Assembly (NCBI GenBank): GCA_963727805.1
Contig: CAVSHF010000005.1
Coordinates: 320,001-384,000 of the forward strand
Source: an uncultured Nitrospiraceae bacterium
Lineage (GTDB): Bacteria > Nitrospirota > Thermodesulfovibrionia > Thermodesulfovibrionales > Dissulfurispiraceae
DNA length: 64,000 nt
Reading direction: 5' to 3'
The notes under the pieces were generated by a model. The model worked only from the letters and a program-made list of their open reading frames with translations, was not told where the DNA came from and searched no databases. The position numbers and the translations under genes are program-made. Shown here one piece after another: positions 19,271 through 29,900 of this stretch (position 1 is the stretch's first letter; each line of letters starts with the position of its first letter).

Positions 19271-22200
19271 ATGAATTCGATAAAATTTTGGCTTCGCTAT
19301 CCCTCCGTAACCATCATATTGACAGCAATGCTCGTCTTCGTCGGCGTCCACGCCTTCCTGAAAATGCAAAGGACTGAAGATCCGACGATCACCATCAGAA
19401 CCGGCATCGTGGCCGCGATGTACCCCGGAGCAACCTCCGAGCAGGTGGAGAAACAGGTTACTAAAACCCTTGAGAAGCACATCTTCAAGTTTCCGGAGGT
19501 GCGGAAGGAAAAGACCTATTCCACAAGCCGTCCCGGCGTGGTCATCATCAATGTCGAGTTGGAGGACAACGTCAAGAATTCAGACCAGTTCTGGGCCAAA
19601 CTGCGCCATGAAATGAACCTGACTCGCGCCACCGAACTCCCCGCCGGCGTCATGGGGCCGGTAGTTAATTCCGATTTCGGCGATACCGTAGCAATGCTGG
19701 TAGCCGTCCATGGCAAACGGTACGGGTATCGGGAACTGCGCGATTTCGCGGACAAGATCCACGACGATATGCGCACCGTCCGCATGGCAGGTAAAATCGT
19801 AACCAATGGAAACCAGGGAGAGGAGATCTGGATCACCAGCAGCCTGGAAAGGATCTCACAGTATTTCGCCAACCCGGGCCAGATAGCGAATGCCTTGCGA
19901 CAGCGGAATGTCATCCAAAGCGGTGGGAATTTCGAGGCGAACCAGTCGAAGATTCCTCTCAGGACCACCGGAGTTTTCAACACTGAAAATGAAGTGCGGA
20001 ACATGCTGGTCGACGTTTCCAAGGACGGCCATCCTGTATACATCAAAGATTTCGCCAATGTGGAACGTCGCTATGAGGACCCGACATTTATGGTGCGTTA
20101 CGACGGCGAGCCCTGCCTGCTCCTCTCCGTCGAGATGCAGAAAGGGAAGAACATTGTCGAATTTGGTGAAGAGCTGGATAAAGTCTTCCAGCGCCTCAAG
20201 GTGCTTCTTCCCCCTGACGTCCAGCTGGACCTAGTTGCCAACCAGCCGGGGATGGTCAAGGAGCGGATAACCAGCCTGAGCCATGAATTCTTGATCGCCA
20301 TCATTGCAGTGGTTATCGTCATCATCCTGCTCCTCCCCATGCGGGTCGCTCTCATCGCAGCCCTGGCCATACCCATAAGCTTGTGCGGAACCCTCGGCGC
20401 CATGGAGGCGTTGGGGATAGCCCTGCATCAGGTATCCATCGCCGCGCTTATCGTGGTCCTCGGGATCGTAGTGGACAACGCCATCGTGGTAATCGACAAC
20501 TACGTGGAACTCCTGGACCACAAGGTGCCGAAGGCCGAGGCGGCCTGGCGGAGTGCGAGCGACGTCTTCATCCCGGTGCTGGTTGCCACCATCACGATCA
20601 TCGCCTCGTTCCTGCCGCTCCTGATCATCAACGGCTCCGCCGGCGAGTTCGTTATGGCGCTCCCCATCACGGTAGCCATCGCCTTGGCAGTTTCGTTCAT
20701 AGTGGCTGTCTTCATAACACCTCTCCTCTGTAGCTTTTTCATCAAGAAGGGGCTGCATGACCACGAAGCCGCTGAGGAACACGGCAAGGAGAAGAAAGGG
20801 CTGCTCGACCGGCTCCAAGATGCCTACGGAGTCTGGATCAAGGTCTTCATGAACAGAAAGTGGCTGGCCTACACACTCGGGGTGGCTGCGTTCGCTTTCG
20901 GAGTCTTGCTCTTCGTATTCGTGCCGCAGCAGTTCTTCCCCTCGGCCGAGCGCAACCAGTTCGTGATTGATGTCTGGATGCCCCAGGGAACGCGCATCGA
21001 GGCTACCGACGCAGTTATGAGTCGAGTCGAAAAAGCCCTCGCCTCCCGCAAGGGTGTCGAACACTACGCCGCCTTCGTCGGTCAGAGCGCCCCGAGATTC
21101 TACTACAACGTCAATCCGCAGCAGCCCGACGGCGCCTACGGCCAGTTCATCGTCAACACCTCGTCGGTCAAGGATACCGGGCGGCTGGTGAAGGAACTGC
21201 GACCGGCGCTGGCCGCACTGGCGCCGGAAGCGATGGTGATCGTGAAGGAACTCCAGCAGGGGTCCCAGATGGAGGCGCCCATCGAAGTGCGGATCGCCGG
21301 TGACGAAGTCGGGGAGCTGAAGCGGCTGGGAGAAAAGGTGCAGGGGATTCTGGAAGGTGTAGCAAATACCACGTACGTGCACCGGGACTACTTCAACGAC
21401 TCGTACATGGTGGACGTGAAGGTCAACGACGAGCTGGCAAACCGTCTCGGTTTAACGGATGCATCGGTGTCGCAAACCCTCTCCGGCGCATTCGACGGTG
21501 CTGCGGTAAGTACCTTCTGGGAAGGGGACCGCGCTGTCAGCATCAAGCTGCGGCTCGACCCGGCCTCCCGCTCATCCTTCGGGGACATCGGGAATACCTA
21601 TGTCAACTCCGATATGACAGGTGCCAAAGTCCCACTCCGTGCCATTGCCACGTTGGAGCCGGAGTGGCAGACCAGCAGGATCGTCCGCAGAAACGGCGTG
21701 CATACCTTGACGATTCGGGCCTTCCCGAAGCCGGGGGTTTATGCCTCGAAAATCCTGGAGCAGGCAATGCCTAAGATCAAAGCCCTGGAGCTCCCTACGG
21801 GCTACCGGATCTACTACGGCGGCGATAAGGATAACCAGGACGAGGTGTTCCCGCAGATGATCGGCGCTCTTGCGATCAGCCTGGTGGCGATCTTCCTGGT
21901 TCTGCTGGTGCAGTTCAGGAACATTTCCGAACCGCTCGTGGTGATGGCCTCCATCCCCCTAACCCTGTTCGGGGCAATGTTAGGCCTCTTGGTCACCCAC
22001 AATCCGTTCGGTTTCACTTCCTTCATGGGGGTCATCAGCCTGTGCGGAATCGTCGTAAGAAACGGCATCATTCTGGTCGACTACTGCAACGAAAGGATCG
22101 CTCAAGGAGCCACTCTGGAACAGGCTGCCCGGGAGGCAGGGGCGCGCAGGCTTCGGCCGATCTTCCTTACCTCCATGGCTGCCGCCGTGGGTATGGTCCC

Positions 22201-23698
22201 CATGATCCTCTCCGGGTCGAGCCTCTGGAGCCCGTTGGCGAGTGTTATGTCATTCGGCCTCGTTTTCTCCATGTGTTTTACTCTTCTGGTCATTCCTGTC
22301 CTGTTTGTGGCGGTCAAATCCCTCTCCCTCAAGGATATATCCATCAAGCACTGTGCTGCGGTCACAGTTGCGATCATGGCATGTGTTCTTTTCGCAGGAG
22401 GCAATGAAGCCTCGGCAGAACCGGTGAAGCAGTCCCTGATACTGTCGCAGGCGGTCGAACTGGCGCTTAAGCAGAACTCGGTGCTCAAAATCGCCCGGAC
22501 GAAAGTGGAGGAGAGCGATCAGAAGATTGTCTCGGCTCGGGCCCAATATTTTCCTGTTCTTTCGAATGACACAAAGTATATGGCATTGTCGAACAAGCAA
22601 CTCGTGACCATTCCGGCTGGGAGTATGGGAAATATCGGTGGGACCTCCTTTCCGAACAATGACGTGAAGATAAACCAGAGCCGCTCCACCATCCTGTATA
22701 GCGAGACAACGCTGGCACAGCCGATAACACAGCTTCTCAAAATCAATGAAGCCAATGAGATAGCCAAGGCTGATCGCGGCATTGCAAAAGCTGAAACGAA
22801 GAGGTCGGAAAACGATATTGTTCTTTTGGTACATCAGTTCTATTACGCCTTGCTGGTTGCTAACAAAGAAAAAGATGCCGCCGAGGCCTCGCTTGCTGCG
22901 GCGCAGGAGAACCTGCGTGAGTCGCAAGAAGCGGTGAGTGCCGGCAATGTTCTGGATGTGGCGGTCACCGCGGCGCAGGCTAATCTGCTCCAGCGCAGGC
23001 AAGCGCTGATTGTCGCGGATAACCGCATCTCGGATATAACCGCCGAACTCGACGACTTATTGGGTCTGCCCAGTGACGTAATCCTGGATGTGACCGAGAC
23101 AGGTTTGCCGAAGATGAGAGAACCTTTAAAGATGCTTGCCTATGATCAGGCCCGTGCCGGAAACGGTGAATTGCTTGCAGCCCGCGAAACAGTAGTGAAG
23201 TCGCGCCACGCAGTCAGCGCTGCACGGGACGAATACATTCCCGACGTTACAATGTTTGCCAAGCACGGCTATCAGGACGGAGCGCCGTTCCTAGCGAAGA
23301 ACGTCGGCATTTTCGGGTTCCAGCTGACTTGGAACATCTTTGACTGGGGCAAGCGAAAGGGAGAAGTCGGCCAACGGCTCGCCCAACAGTCGCAGGCTGA
23401 AGAGAACCTGGCGCGGATTGACAAGCGGATAGGGATTGAAATCGACAAGGCATACCGGAAGGTGGATCGCTCGAAAAAAATGATGGATGTCTCCAGCGAA
23501 GCGCTTTCTCTGTGCAGGGAAAATGCGCGGCTCAGCGAAAACCGCCTCAAGGCCGGAACCGTGACTGCAGCCAAACATGCTGAAACGGTTGCGGAACTAA
23601 AGAAGGCAGAGATGGAGGCACTTCAGACTTCTCTTGAATATCGTCTCGCGCTGGCAGAACTTGACAAAACAATCGGGTCGCTTGCGTCGTCGAATTAG
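19271..23698 (+). CDS. RND permease (AcrB family) fused to a C-terminal TolC-like outer-membrane factor
   Basis: About 1020-aa AcrB region (PGATSEQVE, GIVVDNAIVV, NGIILVD, RLRPIFLT), then about 430 aa of OEP region (LSQAVELAL.QN, ARAQYFP, LTWNIFDWG) in one frame. Confidence 0.9.
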   Translation: MNSIKFWLRYPSVTIILTAMLVFVGVHAFLKMQRTEDPTITIRTGIVAAMYPGATSEQVEKQVTKTLEKHIFKFPEVRKEKTYSTSRPGVVIINVELEDNVKNSDQFWAKLRHEMNLTRATELPAGVMGPVVNSDFGDTVAMLVAVHGKRYGYRELRDFADKIHDDMRTVRMAGKIVTNGNQGEEIWITSSLERISQYFANPGQIANALRQRNVIQSGGNFEANQSKIPLRTTGVFNTENEVRNMLVDVSKDGHPVYIKDFANVERRYEDPTFMVRYDGEPCLLLSVEMQKGKNIVEFGEELDKVFQRLKVLLPPDVQLDLVANQPGMVKERITSLSHEFLIAIIAVVIVIILLLPMRVALIAALAIPISLCGTLGAMEALGIALHQVSIAALIVVLGIVVDNAIVVIDNYVELLDHKVPKAEAAWRSASDVFIPVLVATITIIASFLPLLIINGSAGEFVMALPITVAIALAVSFIVAVFITPLLCSFFIKKGLHDHEAAEEHGKEKKGLLDRLQDAYGVWIKVFMNRKWLAYTLGVAAFAFGVLLFVFVPQQFFPSAERNQFVIDVWMPQGTRIEATDAVMSRVEKALASRKGVEHYAAFVGQSAPRFYYNVNPQQPDGAYGQFIVNTSSVKDTGRLVKELRPALAALAPEAMVIVKELQQGSQMEAPIEVRIAGDEVGELKRLGEKVQGILEGVANTTYVHRDYFNDSYMVDVKVNDELANRLGLTDASVSQTLSGAFDGAAVSTFWEGDRAVSIKLRLDPASRSSFGDIGNTYVNSDMTGAKVPLRAIATLEPEWQTSRIVRRNGVHTLTIRAFPKPGVYASKILEQAMPKIKALELPTGYRIYYGGDKDNQDEVFPQMIGALAISLVAIFLVLLVQFRNISEPLVVMASIPLTLFGAMLGLLVTHNPFGFTSFMGVISLCGIVVRNGIILVDYCNERIAQGATLEQAAREAGARRLRPIFLTSMAAAVGMVPMILSGSSLWSPLASVMSFGLVFSMCFTLLVIPVLFVAVKSLSLKDISIKHCAAVTVAIMACVLFAGGNEASAEPVKQSLILSQAVELALKQNSVLKIARTKVEESDQKIVSARAQYFPVLSNDTKYMALSNKQLVTIPAGSMGNIGGTSFPNNDVKINQSRSTILYSETTLAQPITQLLKINEANEIAKADRGIAKAETKRSENDIVLLVHQFYYALLVANKEKDAAEASLAAAQENLRESQEAVSAGNVLDVAVTAAQANLLQRRQALIVADNRISDITAELDDLLGLPSDVILDVTETGLPKMREPLKMLAYDQARAGNGELLAARETVVKSRHAVSAARDEYIPDVTMFAKHGYQDGAPFLAKNVGIFGFQLTWNIFDWGKRKGEVGQRLAQQSQAEENLARIDKRIGIEIDKAYRKVDRSKKMMDVSSEALSLCRENARLSENRLKAGTVTAAKHAETVAELKKAEMEALQTSLEYRLALAELDKTIGSLASSN

Positions 23699-23864
23699 GA
23701 GAGCAACGCTATGAGAATAATACCGAAAGCTAAGAGAAGAACGCAGAGGCATTGTCCATCATCAAGAATACATCGCAGTGAGCGGGAGTCGCAGGGTAGA
23801 AAATTCGCAATGCCCGCCGAATAAGAAAAGGCAAGGCGAATTAAGGAGACTAAAGGAGAAACCA

Positions 23865-26396
23865 ATGGCACAAAAGAATAATAAGAGACAGAACTGCAGG
23901 AGAAATACCAATCCGGCTGAGATTGTATCGCTTCCGCAAGAACGTGACGACATACGGACGGGAACGAGCTTGGAGACACTGAAACGGGCCATACTTGACA
24001 ATCTTAATTATATTCAGGGGTTAATTCCTGAACTGGCAACGAAAAACGATTGGTATATGGCGGTCGCCTACACTGTGCGTGACAGGATGATCGAGCATTT
24101 AACACGCTCGATAAAAAAGTTCCGGCAACCCGAAGTGAAAATCGCCAGCTACCTCTCTGCTGAGTTCCTTATGGGGCCTCATCTTGGCAATAATCTCCTG
24201 AATATGGGCCTGACGGATGGTGTACGGGAAGCGCTGAAGGAACTTGGCCTGGATCTGGACGACATCATCGAACTGGAGGCTGAGCCAGGACTCGGCAACG
24301 GCGGCCTGGGCAGGCTTGCCGCATGCTACATGGACTCTCTGGCGTCGTTAAATGTTCCTGCGATCGGCTACGGCATCAGGTATGAATTTGGCATCTTTGC
24401 TCAGGAGATCCGTGACGGATGGCAGGTCGAAAAGACCGACAAGTGGCTTAGTCTGGGAAACCCCTGGGAGATATGCCGTCCCGAGATAGCTTATCACGTA
24501 AATTTCGGCGGACGAACTGAGCAGTACCGGGACGAGGAGGGCTGTTTCAGAGTGCGCTGGGTCCCTGAGCGTGTCATAAAGGGGATAGCGTATGACACGG
24601 CGGTTCCAGCTTATCGGGACGAAGCAGTAAACCTGCTCAGGCTCTGGAAATCAGAGGCTGTAGAGTCCTTCGACTTTCAGGCATTTAATATCGGGGATTA
24701 CTACAAGGCAGTGGACGAGAAAGTGTTTTCCGAAACAGTAAGCAAAGTCCTCTACCCTAACGACGAGCCCGAAATAGGAAAGACTCTTCGACTCGGCCAA
24801 CAGTATTTCTTCGTCTCGTGCGCCCTTCAGGATATGATTCGTATCCTAGAGCTCCGTGGGAAAAAGATCGAGACGTTCCATGAAAGCTTTGCCATCCAGC
24901 TGAACGACACTCATCCTTCCATTGCTGTTGCAGAACTGATGAGGCTTCTTGTTGACGAGCATCTTATGGATTGGGAGCAAGCATGGAAGATCACCCAGCA
25001 AACTATGGCATACACCAACCATACATTACTGCCCGAGGCGCTCGAAAAATGGCCTCTGCAACTCTTCAGCCATATTCTTCCCAGGCACCTGGAGATCATA
25101 TATGAGATCAACAGCAGATTCCTTGACGAAGTCCGACTGAGATTTCCCGGAGATGACGGCCGGGTTGCGCGTCTGTCCATCATCGATGAAGGTGGTGATA
25201 AGTATGTGCGAATGGCGCATCTAGCCTCGGTGGGGAGTCATTGCATCAACGGCGTGGCTGCGCTGCACTCAGACCTTCTCACCAAGACGGTTCTTAAAGA
25301 CATGCATGACCTTTATCCCGATCGTTTTATGAATGTCACTAACGGGGTGACCCCGAGGCGCTGGCTGGCCCTGAGCAACCCTGGACTAACTGGACTCATC
25401 ACAAGAACCATAGGGGACCGGTGGATCAATAATTTTGAAGATGAGATCAGGAAGATCAAGCCGTTTACTGAGGATTCCGCGTTCCGGACGGAGTGGGACA
25501 TTATAAAACGTGACAATAAAACCAGGCTTGCTGCGCTTATAAGTGAAAGGACCGGGGTCACGGTTGATCCTGATTCGATGTTCGACATCCAGGTGAAGCG
25601 GATACATGAGTACAAGCGGCAGCATCTCAACATTCTGCACATTATTACCTTGTACAATCGCATCAAGAAATCCCCCAGTCAGCACGTAGTGCCCCGCACC
25701 TTTATCTTCGGAGGAAAGGCCGCTCCCGGCTACTTCATGGCAAAACTTATCATCAAGCTGATCAATTCCGTTGCTGACGTGGTCAATAACGATCCTGATG
25801 TTGACGGAAGGCTGAAAGTTGTCTTCTTTCCAAACTTCAACGTGAAGAACGCGCATCATATCTACCCTGCCGCAGACCTTTCGGAGCAGATATCTACTGC
25901 GGGGAAAGAGGCCTCGGGTACAGGCAACATGAAATTCTCAATGAACGGTGCTCTAACCATCGGCACCCTTGACGGCGCAAACATCGAAATCCGTGAGGAG
26001 GTCGGAGCCGAGAACTTTTTCCTCTTCGGACTTACCGCAGGGGAAGTCGAGGACCTGAAGGTCAAGGGCTATAATCCCCGGGGCTATTACGCCTCGAACG
26101 CAAACCTCAGGGAGGCGATCGATCAGATACGGTCAGGGCATTTCTCCCGGGGTGACAGGGAACTATTCCGGCCCTTGGTGGAAAACCTCATGAACTATGA
26201 TCCTTTCCTTCTGCTCGCAGACTATCAGTCCTATATCGATTGCCAGGACAGGGTCAGCTCAGCATATCGTAATCGGGACAACTGGCTGCGCATGTCGATC
26301 CTGAATGTGGCCCGCATGGGTAAGTTTTCGTCGGACAGATCGATACGGGAATACTGCGAAAATATCTGGAAGATAATGCCAGGCGCAGGGGCGTGA
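23865..26396 (+). CDS. glgP: Glycogen/starch phosphorylase
   Basis: GLGNGGLGRLAAC, QLNDTHP, NGVTPRRW, KRIHEYKRQ and EASGTGNMK motifs; AAAGGAG RBS before ATG 23865. Confidence 0.96.
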   Translation: MAQKNNKRQNCRRNTNPAEIVSLPQERDDIRTGTSLETLKRAILDNLNYIQGLIPELATKNDWYMAVAYTVRDRMIEHLTRSIKKFRQPEVKIASYLSAEFLMGPHLGNNLLNMGLTDGVREALKELGLDLDDIIELEAEPGLGNGGLGRLAACYMDSLASLNVPAIGYGIRYEFGIFAQEIRDGWQVEKTDKWLSLGNPWEICRPEIAYHVNFGGRTEQYRDEEGCFRVRWVPERVIKGIAYDTAVPAYRDEAVNLLRLWKSEAVESFDFQAFNIGDYYKAVDEKVFSETVSKVLYPNDEPEIGKTLRLGQQYFFVSCALQDMIRILELRGKKIETFHESFAIQLNDTHPSIAVAELMRLLVDEHLMDWEQAWKITQQTMAYTNHTLLPEALEKWPLQLFSHILPRHLEIIYEINSRFLDEVRLRFPGDDGRVARLSIIDEGGDKYVRMAHLASVGSHCINGVAALHSDLLTKTVLKDMHDLYPDRFMNVTNGVTPRRWLALSNPGLTGLITRTIGDRWINNFEDEIRKIKPFTEDSAFRTEWDIIKRDNKTRLAALISERTGVTVDPDSMFDIQVKRIHEYKRQHLNILHIITLYNRIKKSPSQHVVPRTFIFGGKAAPGYFMAKLIIKLINSVADVVNNDPDVDGRLKVVFFPNFNVKNAHHIYPAADLSEQISTAGKEASGTGNMKFSMNGALTIGTLDGANIEIREEVGAENFFLFGLTAGEVEDLKVKGYNPRGYYASNANLREAIDQIRSGHFSRGDRELFRPLVENLMNYDPFLLLADYQSYIDCQDRVSSAYRNRDNWLRMSILNVARMGKFSSDRSIREYCENIWKIMPGAGA

Positions 26397-26824
26397 TGAA
26401 ACAATGGTCAGGGAACAATTACCCGGGGGATGCCATGATTGATAGAATGCGGGGGAAGAGTTTTCCTCTTGGGGCGACCGTTTCCCAAGAGGGGGTAAAT
26501 TTCAGCGTCTTCTCGAAGAGCGCTGCTTCTGTGGAATTGCTGCTTTTTGAAGACGCCGGTGATCCTGCGCCATTCCGTACAATTCTGCTCGATCCGAGGA
26601 AGAACAGGACATATCATTATTGGCATGCCTTTGTCCCTGATATCGGTCCGGGACAAATCTACGGATATCGTGTCCACGGCCCCAACGCCTCCGAGCGCGG
26701 CATGCGATTCGATTCCGAAAAAGTACTGCTTGACCCATATGGAAAAGCGGTTGTTATTCCAGAAAAATACAGCCGGCCGCTGGCGAGCGCTATTCTGGCA
26801 CTTGCAGCTCCGGATAGAAGTTGA
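26393..26824 (+). pseudogene. glgX: Truncated glycogen debranching enzyme (N-terminal CBM48 domain only)
   Basis: PLGAT...GVNFSVFS, YGYRVHGP and LLDPYGK motifs, then an unrelated tail; the catalytic domain is absent. Confidence 0.85.
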
Positions 26825-26831
26825 GGACATT

Positions 26832-27860
26832 GTGACAGAGAAGAATGTTGTGTTTTATGCTATAGTGATTGCGCTCGTATATCTGGCGTGTGCGATGATT
26901 TCGCCTTTCATCCTGGCTATCTTTTCGGCAGTGGTCTTTTCAATAGTTCTATCGCCTGTCTATGAGTTCATCGGTAAAAGGCTAAAGAATGCCAATATAG
27001 CAGCAGCAGTCGTTGTACTCATTGCCCTACTGCTATTTGTCGCGCCATTATCGTTTTTTTGCTACTTGTTGGTCGATGAAATAAAGGTAATAGTCAGTCT
27101 ATCCGGCGGAAAAGACATCCCCACGCTCATTTTCGAGAATAGTAATCTGAAATCAGCGATTGCAGAAATGGCGCATCTTCTGAATATCCCGCCTGACGAA
27201 TTAAACAGCTATCTAATCGGGCTTATTGGCGCTGTGAAGACCGGCCTGACCCGGATTGTTAGTGAAAATGCATTAGTCGCTATCAATGCAGTCATGAACT
27301 ATTTCATAATGCTCTTTGCGCTCTTTTTTCTTCTTCGTGACCGGGAAGCTTTTGTTTCCGCAATACGCAGGCTTCTGCCCCTCACGGAAATACAGAAGGA
27401 AGGGCTGAGAAAAAGAATAGAAGAGGTCATTGTATCTACGATGTATGGCGGGGTCATGATTGCGCTGGTTGGAGGAGTTATAGGAGGGGTAGCGTTTCAT
27501 TTTCTGGGCGTCCCCTCTCCTCTACTGCTTGGCTTTGCGATGTCGGTGTTTTCTTTTATCCCGATTGTGGGATCGTTCGCGATCTGGGGTCCGGTTACGG
27601 CATATCTATTTATAAGCGGCGAAGTAATAAAAGGCGTTATTATGGCGGCCATTGGTATACTTGTAATAGTCGGACTGGTAGAACACATACTGAAACCAAA
27701 GATAATGGGGCAACGGGCAAGGATACATACTGCACTGATTTTTTTTGGAGTACTGGGAGGAATACACCTTTTTGGTGTGATAGGCTTTGTTGCAGGCCCG
27801 CTTATTGTGGCGGTGCTTATGATGGCAATGCCGCTTATAGAAAAGAGGCTTGAGCAATAG
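26832..27860 (+). CDS. AI-2E family transporter
   Basis: Hydrophobic; FSFIPIVG, LKPKIMG and GVLGG..LFG.IGFVAGP motifs; GAGGA RBS before GTG 26832. Confidence 0.88.
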   Translation: MTEKNVVFYAIVIALVYLACAMISPFILAIFSAVVFSIVLSPVYEFIGKRLKNANIAAAVVVLIALLLFVAPLSFFCYLLVDEIKVIVSLSGGKDIPTLIFENSNLKSAIAEMAHLLNIPPDELNSYLIGLIGAVKTGLTRIVSENALVAINAVMNYFIMLFALFFLLRDREAFVSAIRRLLPLTEIQKEGLRKRIEEVIVSTMYGGVMIALVGGVIGGVAFHFLGVPSPLLLGFAMSVFSFIPIVGSFAIWGPVTAYLFISGEVIKGVIMAAIGILVIVGLVEHILKPKIMGQRARIHTALIFFGVLGGIHLFGVIGFVAGPLIVAVLMMAMPLIEKRLEQ

Positions 27861-27933
27861 CGTCGTAATCAAATGGCTGGCAGACTTTCGGCAAAATCAA
27901 GAAACAACAGAACGTATCAGCCGGGAGGAAAAA

Positions 27934-29082
27934 GTGGACTCTGACAAAGCGCTACAAAAAGCAGAGCTGTCGCTGCTCCGTCTTGCCGACGCCACGCTGA
28001 CAGTGCGTCTATCTGGGGAATGGAAACTGGGAAAGCAGCTTCCGCAAGGTGAAGAGTTACGGGGCAAGATCGAGTCCTCAGATACAGTCAGCCGTATTAC
28101 TATTGATACTCAGGCCATGACAGGATGGGACAGCGGCCTCATAACATTCCTTCTGTCTATCATCGAGATCGGCTCCGAAATGCATATTCCCGTCGAGAAA
28201 GAGGGCCTGCCGGCAGGCGTACAGCGGATCCTGACCCTTGCCTTTGCAGTTCCTGAAAGGAAGGGTGTGCGCAGGAAAGCAGCTAAAATCTCGTTTGTCG
28301 ATAGGGTCGGCGAATCTTCAATCGCCTTTTGGCGTTCTAGTCTCGAAATGGTCGGGTTCATTGGGGAGGCCGCTGTCGCCTTTATGAGATTGCTCGTGGG
28401 AAAGGCCCAGTTTCGCCCCTCTGATCTCCTTCTCACGATGCAGGAGTGCGGTGCGCAGGCTCTTCCGATTGTCTCGCTTATCAGTATCCTTGTCGGGATC
28501 ATACTTGCCTTTATCGGCGCCATCCAACTTAAGATTTTCGGTGCACAGATTTATGTGGCCAGTCTGGTAGGAATCGGGATGGTACGGGCACTTGCGGCTG
28601 TTATGACCGGGATAATAATGGCCGGCCGCACCGGAGCATCATTTGCCGCTCAACTAGGTACGATGCAGGTGAATGAGGAGATCGATGCCTTGAAGACCCT
28701 TGGGATCTCACCCATGGAATTTCTCGTGCTTCCGAGAATGATCGCCCTTTTTTTCATGATGCCTCTTTTGAGTCTTTATGCCGACTTGATGGGAATAATC
28801 GGCGGCCTGATCATTGGGGTTTCGATACTTGACCTGAATTTGATGGAATACTACAGTAAGACCAGCCAATCAGTGCAGCTGAATGACTTATGGGTCGGGC
28901 TCTTCAGTGCCGCGGTCTTCGGCGTCCTTGTGGCGCTTGCAGGCTGTCTCCGCGGAATGCAGTCCGGACGGAGCGCTTCTGCAGTCGGTGAAGCGACAAC
29001 CTCTGCAGTTGTGACAAGCATAGTCAGCATCGTCGTGGCTATGGCCGTGATAACCTTCGTTTGTAATGTGCTGAATATCTAA
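27934..29082 (+). CDS. MlaE-family ABC permease with N-terminal STAS-like domain
   Basis: WDSG, AGRTGASFAAQLGTM.VNEEIDAL and VG.ATTSAVV motifs; GGAGG RBS before GTG 27934. Confidence 0.9.
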   Translation: MDSDKALQKAELSLLRLADATLTVRLSGEWKLGKQLPQGEELRGKIESSDTVSRITIDTQAMTGWDSGLITFLLSIIEIGSEMHIPVEKEGLPAGVQRILTLAFAVPERKGVRRKAAKISFVDRVGESSIAFWRSSLEMVGFIGEAAVAFMRLLVGKAQFRPSDLLLTMQECGAQALPIVSLISILVGIILAFIGAIQLKIFGAQIYVASLVGIGMVRALAAVMTGIIMAGRTGASFAAQLGTMQVNEEIDALKTLGISPMEFLVLPRMIALFFMMPLLSLYADLMGIIGGLIIGVSILDLNLMEYYSKTSQSVQLNDLWVGLFSAAVFGVLVALAGCLRGMQSGRSASAVGEATTSAVVTSIVSIVVAMAVITFVCNVLNI

Positions 29083-29092
29083 GGAGTACAGA

Positions 29093-29875
29093 GTGGAGAT
29101 AAGAGAGGCGGAGCCACATATCATTGTTGAGAACCTGACCGTGGCCTATGGGAGCAACGTGATCCTCCATGACCTCACCTTTACCATTAACAGGGGCGAT
29201 ATATTCATAATCATGGGAGCAAGTGGCGGCGGCAAGAGCACCGTTTTGCGGAGTATGGTCGGGCTACTTCAGCCGACAAAGGGACAGATCCTCTATGGCG
29301 GTCTGAGTTTTTGGTCAGCAGGGACCGAGGAACAGAAGAGCATTATGAGAAAGTTCGGCATACTCTATCAGGGCGGCGCTCTCTGGAGTTCTCTCACTCT
29401 TGGAGAAAACGTTGCCCTCCCGCTCCAGCAATACACGGACCTGAGCCAAGGTCAGATTGAAAAGATCGTCTCGCTCAAGCTCGCACTTGTCGGACTCGCC
29501 GGCTTCGAGGAGTACTATCCATCCGAGATCAGCGGCGGCATGAAGAAACGCGCCGGACTGGCCCGCGCCATGGCGTTAGACCCTGAAATACTCTTCTTCG
29601 ATGAGCCCTCTGCGGGACTCGACCCGATCAGCGCCCATCTGCTTGACGAGTTGATCATTGAACTTAGAAATAGTCTTGGGGCCACGGTAGTTGTTGTGAC
29701 CCATGAATTGGCGAGCATATTCGCGATCGGAAATAACTCAGTCTTTCTCGACGCTGACACGAAAACGATGATCGCCGGGGGAGCGCCCAGGAAACTCCTC
29801 GCCGAGTCAAAGGATCCCAAAATAATGAACTTTCTAACCCGTGGAGAAGGTCGTGTACAAGAAGAGATAAGGTAG
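29093..29875 (+). CDS. MlaF-family ABC ATPase
   Basis: GASGGGKS, SGGMKKR and FDEPSAGLDP motifs. Confidence 0.92.
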   Translation: MEIREAEPHIIVENLTVAYGSNVILHDLTFTINRGDIFIIMGASGGGKSTVLRSMVGLLQPTKGQILYGGLSFWSAGTEEQKSIMRKFGILYQGGALWSSLTLGENVALPLQQYTDLSQGQIEKIVSLKLALVGLAGFEEYYPSEISGGMKKRAGLARAMALDPEILFFDEPSAGLDPISAHLLDELIIELRNSLGATVVVVTHELASIFAIGNNSVFLDADTKTMIAGGAPRKLLAESKDPKIMNFLTRGEGRVQEEIR

Positions 29876-29900
29876 AAATCGATGATTGAGGAGAAATAAA

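Noticed and set aside
20231..21382. 383-aa antisense ORF inside the RND gene, and similar long shadow ORFs elsewhere
   Set aside because: Expected by-product of GC-rich codon usage on the opposite strand; no motifs.
23711..23824. 37-aa basic ORF with an AGGAG RBS after the RND-TolC gene
   Set aside because: No motif; it may be a truncated gene start, but I cannot support a call.
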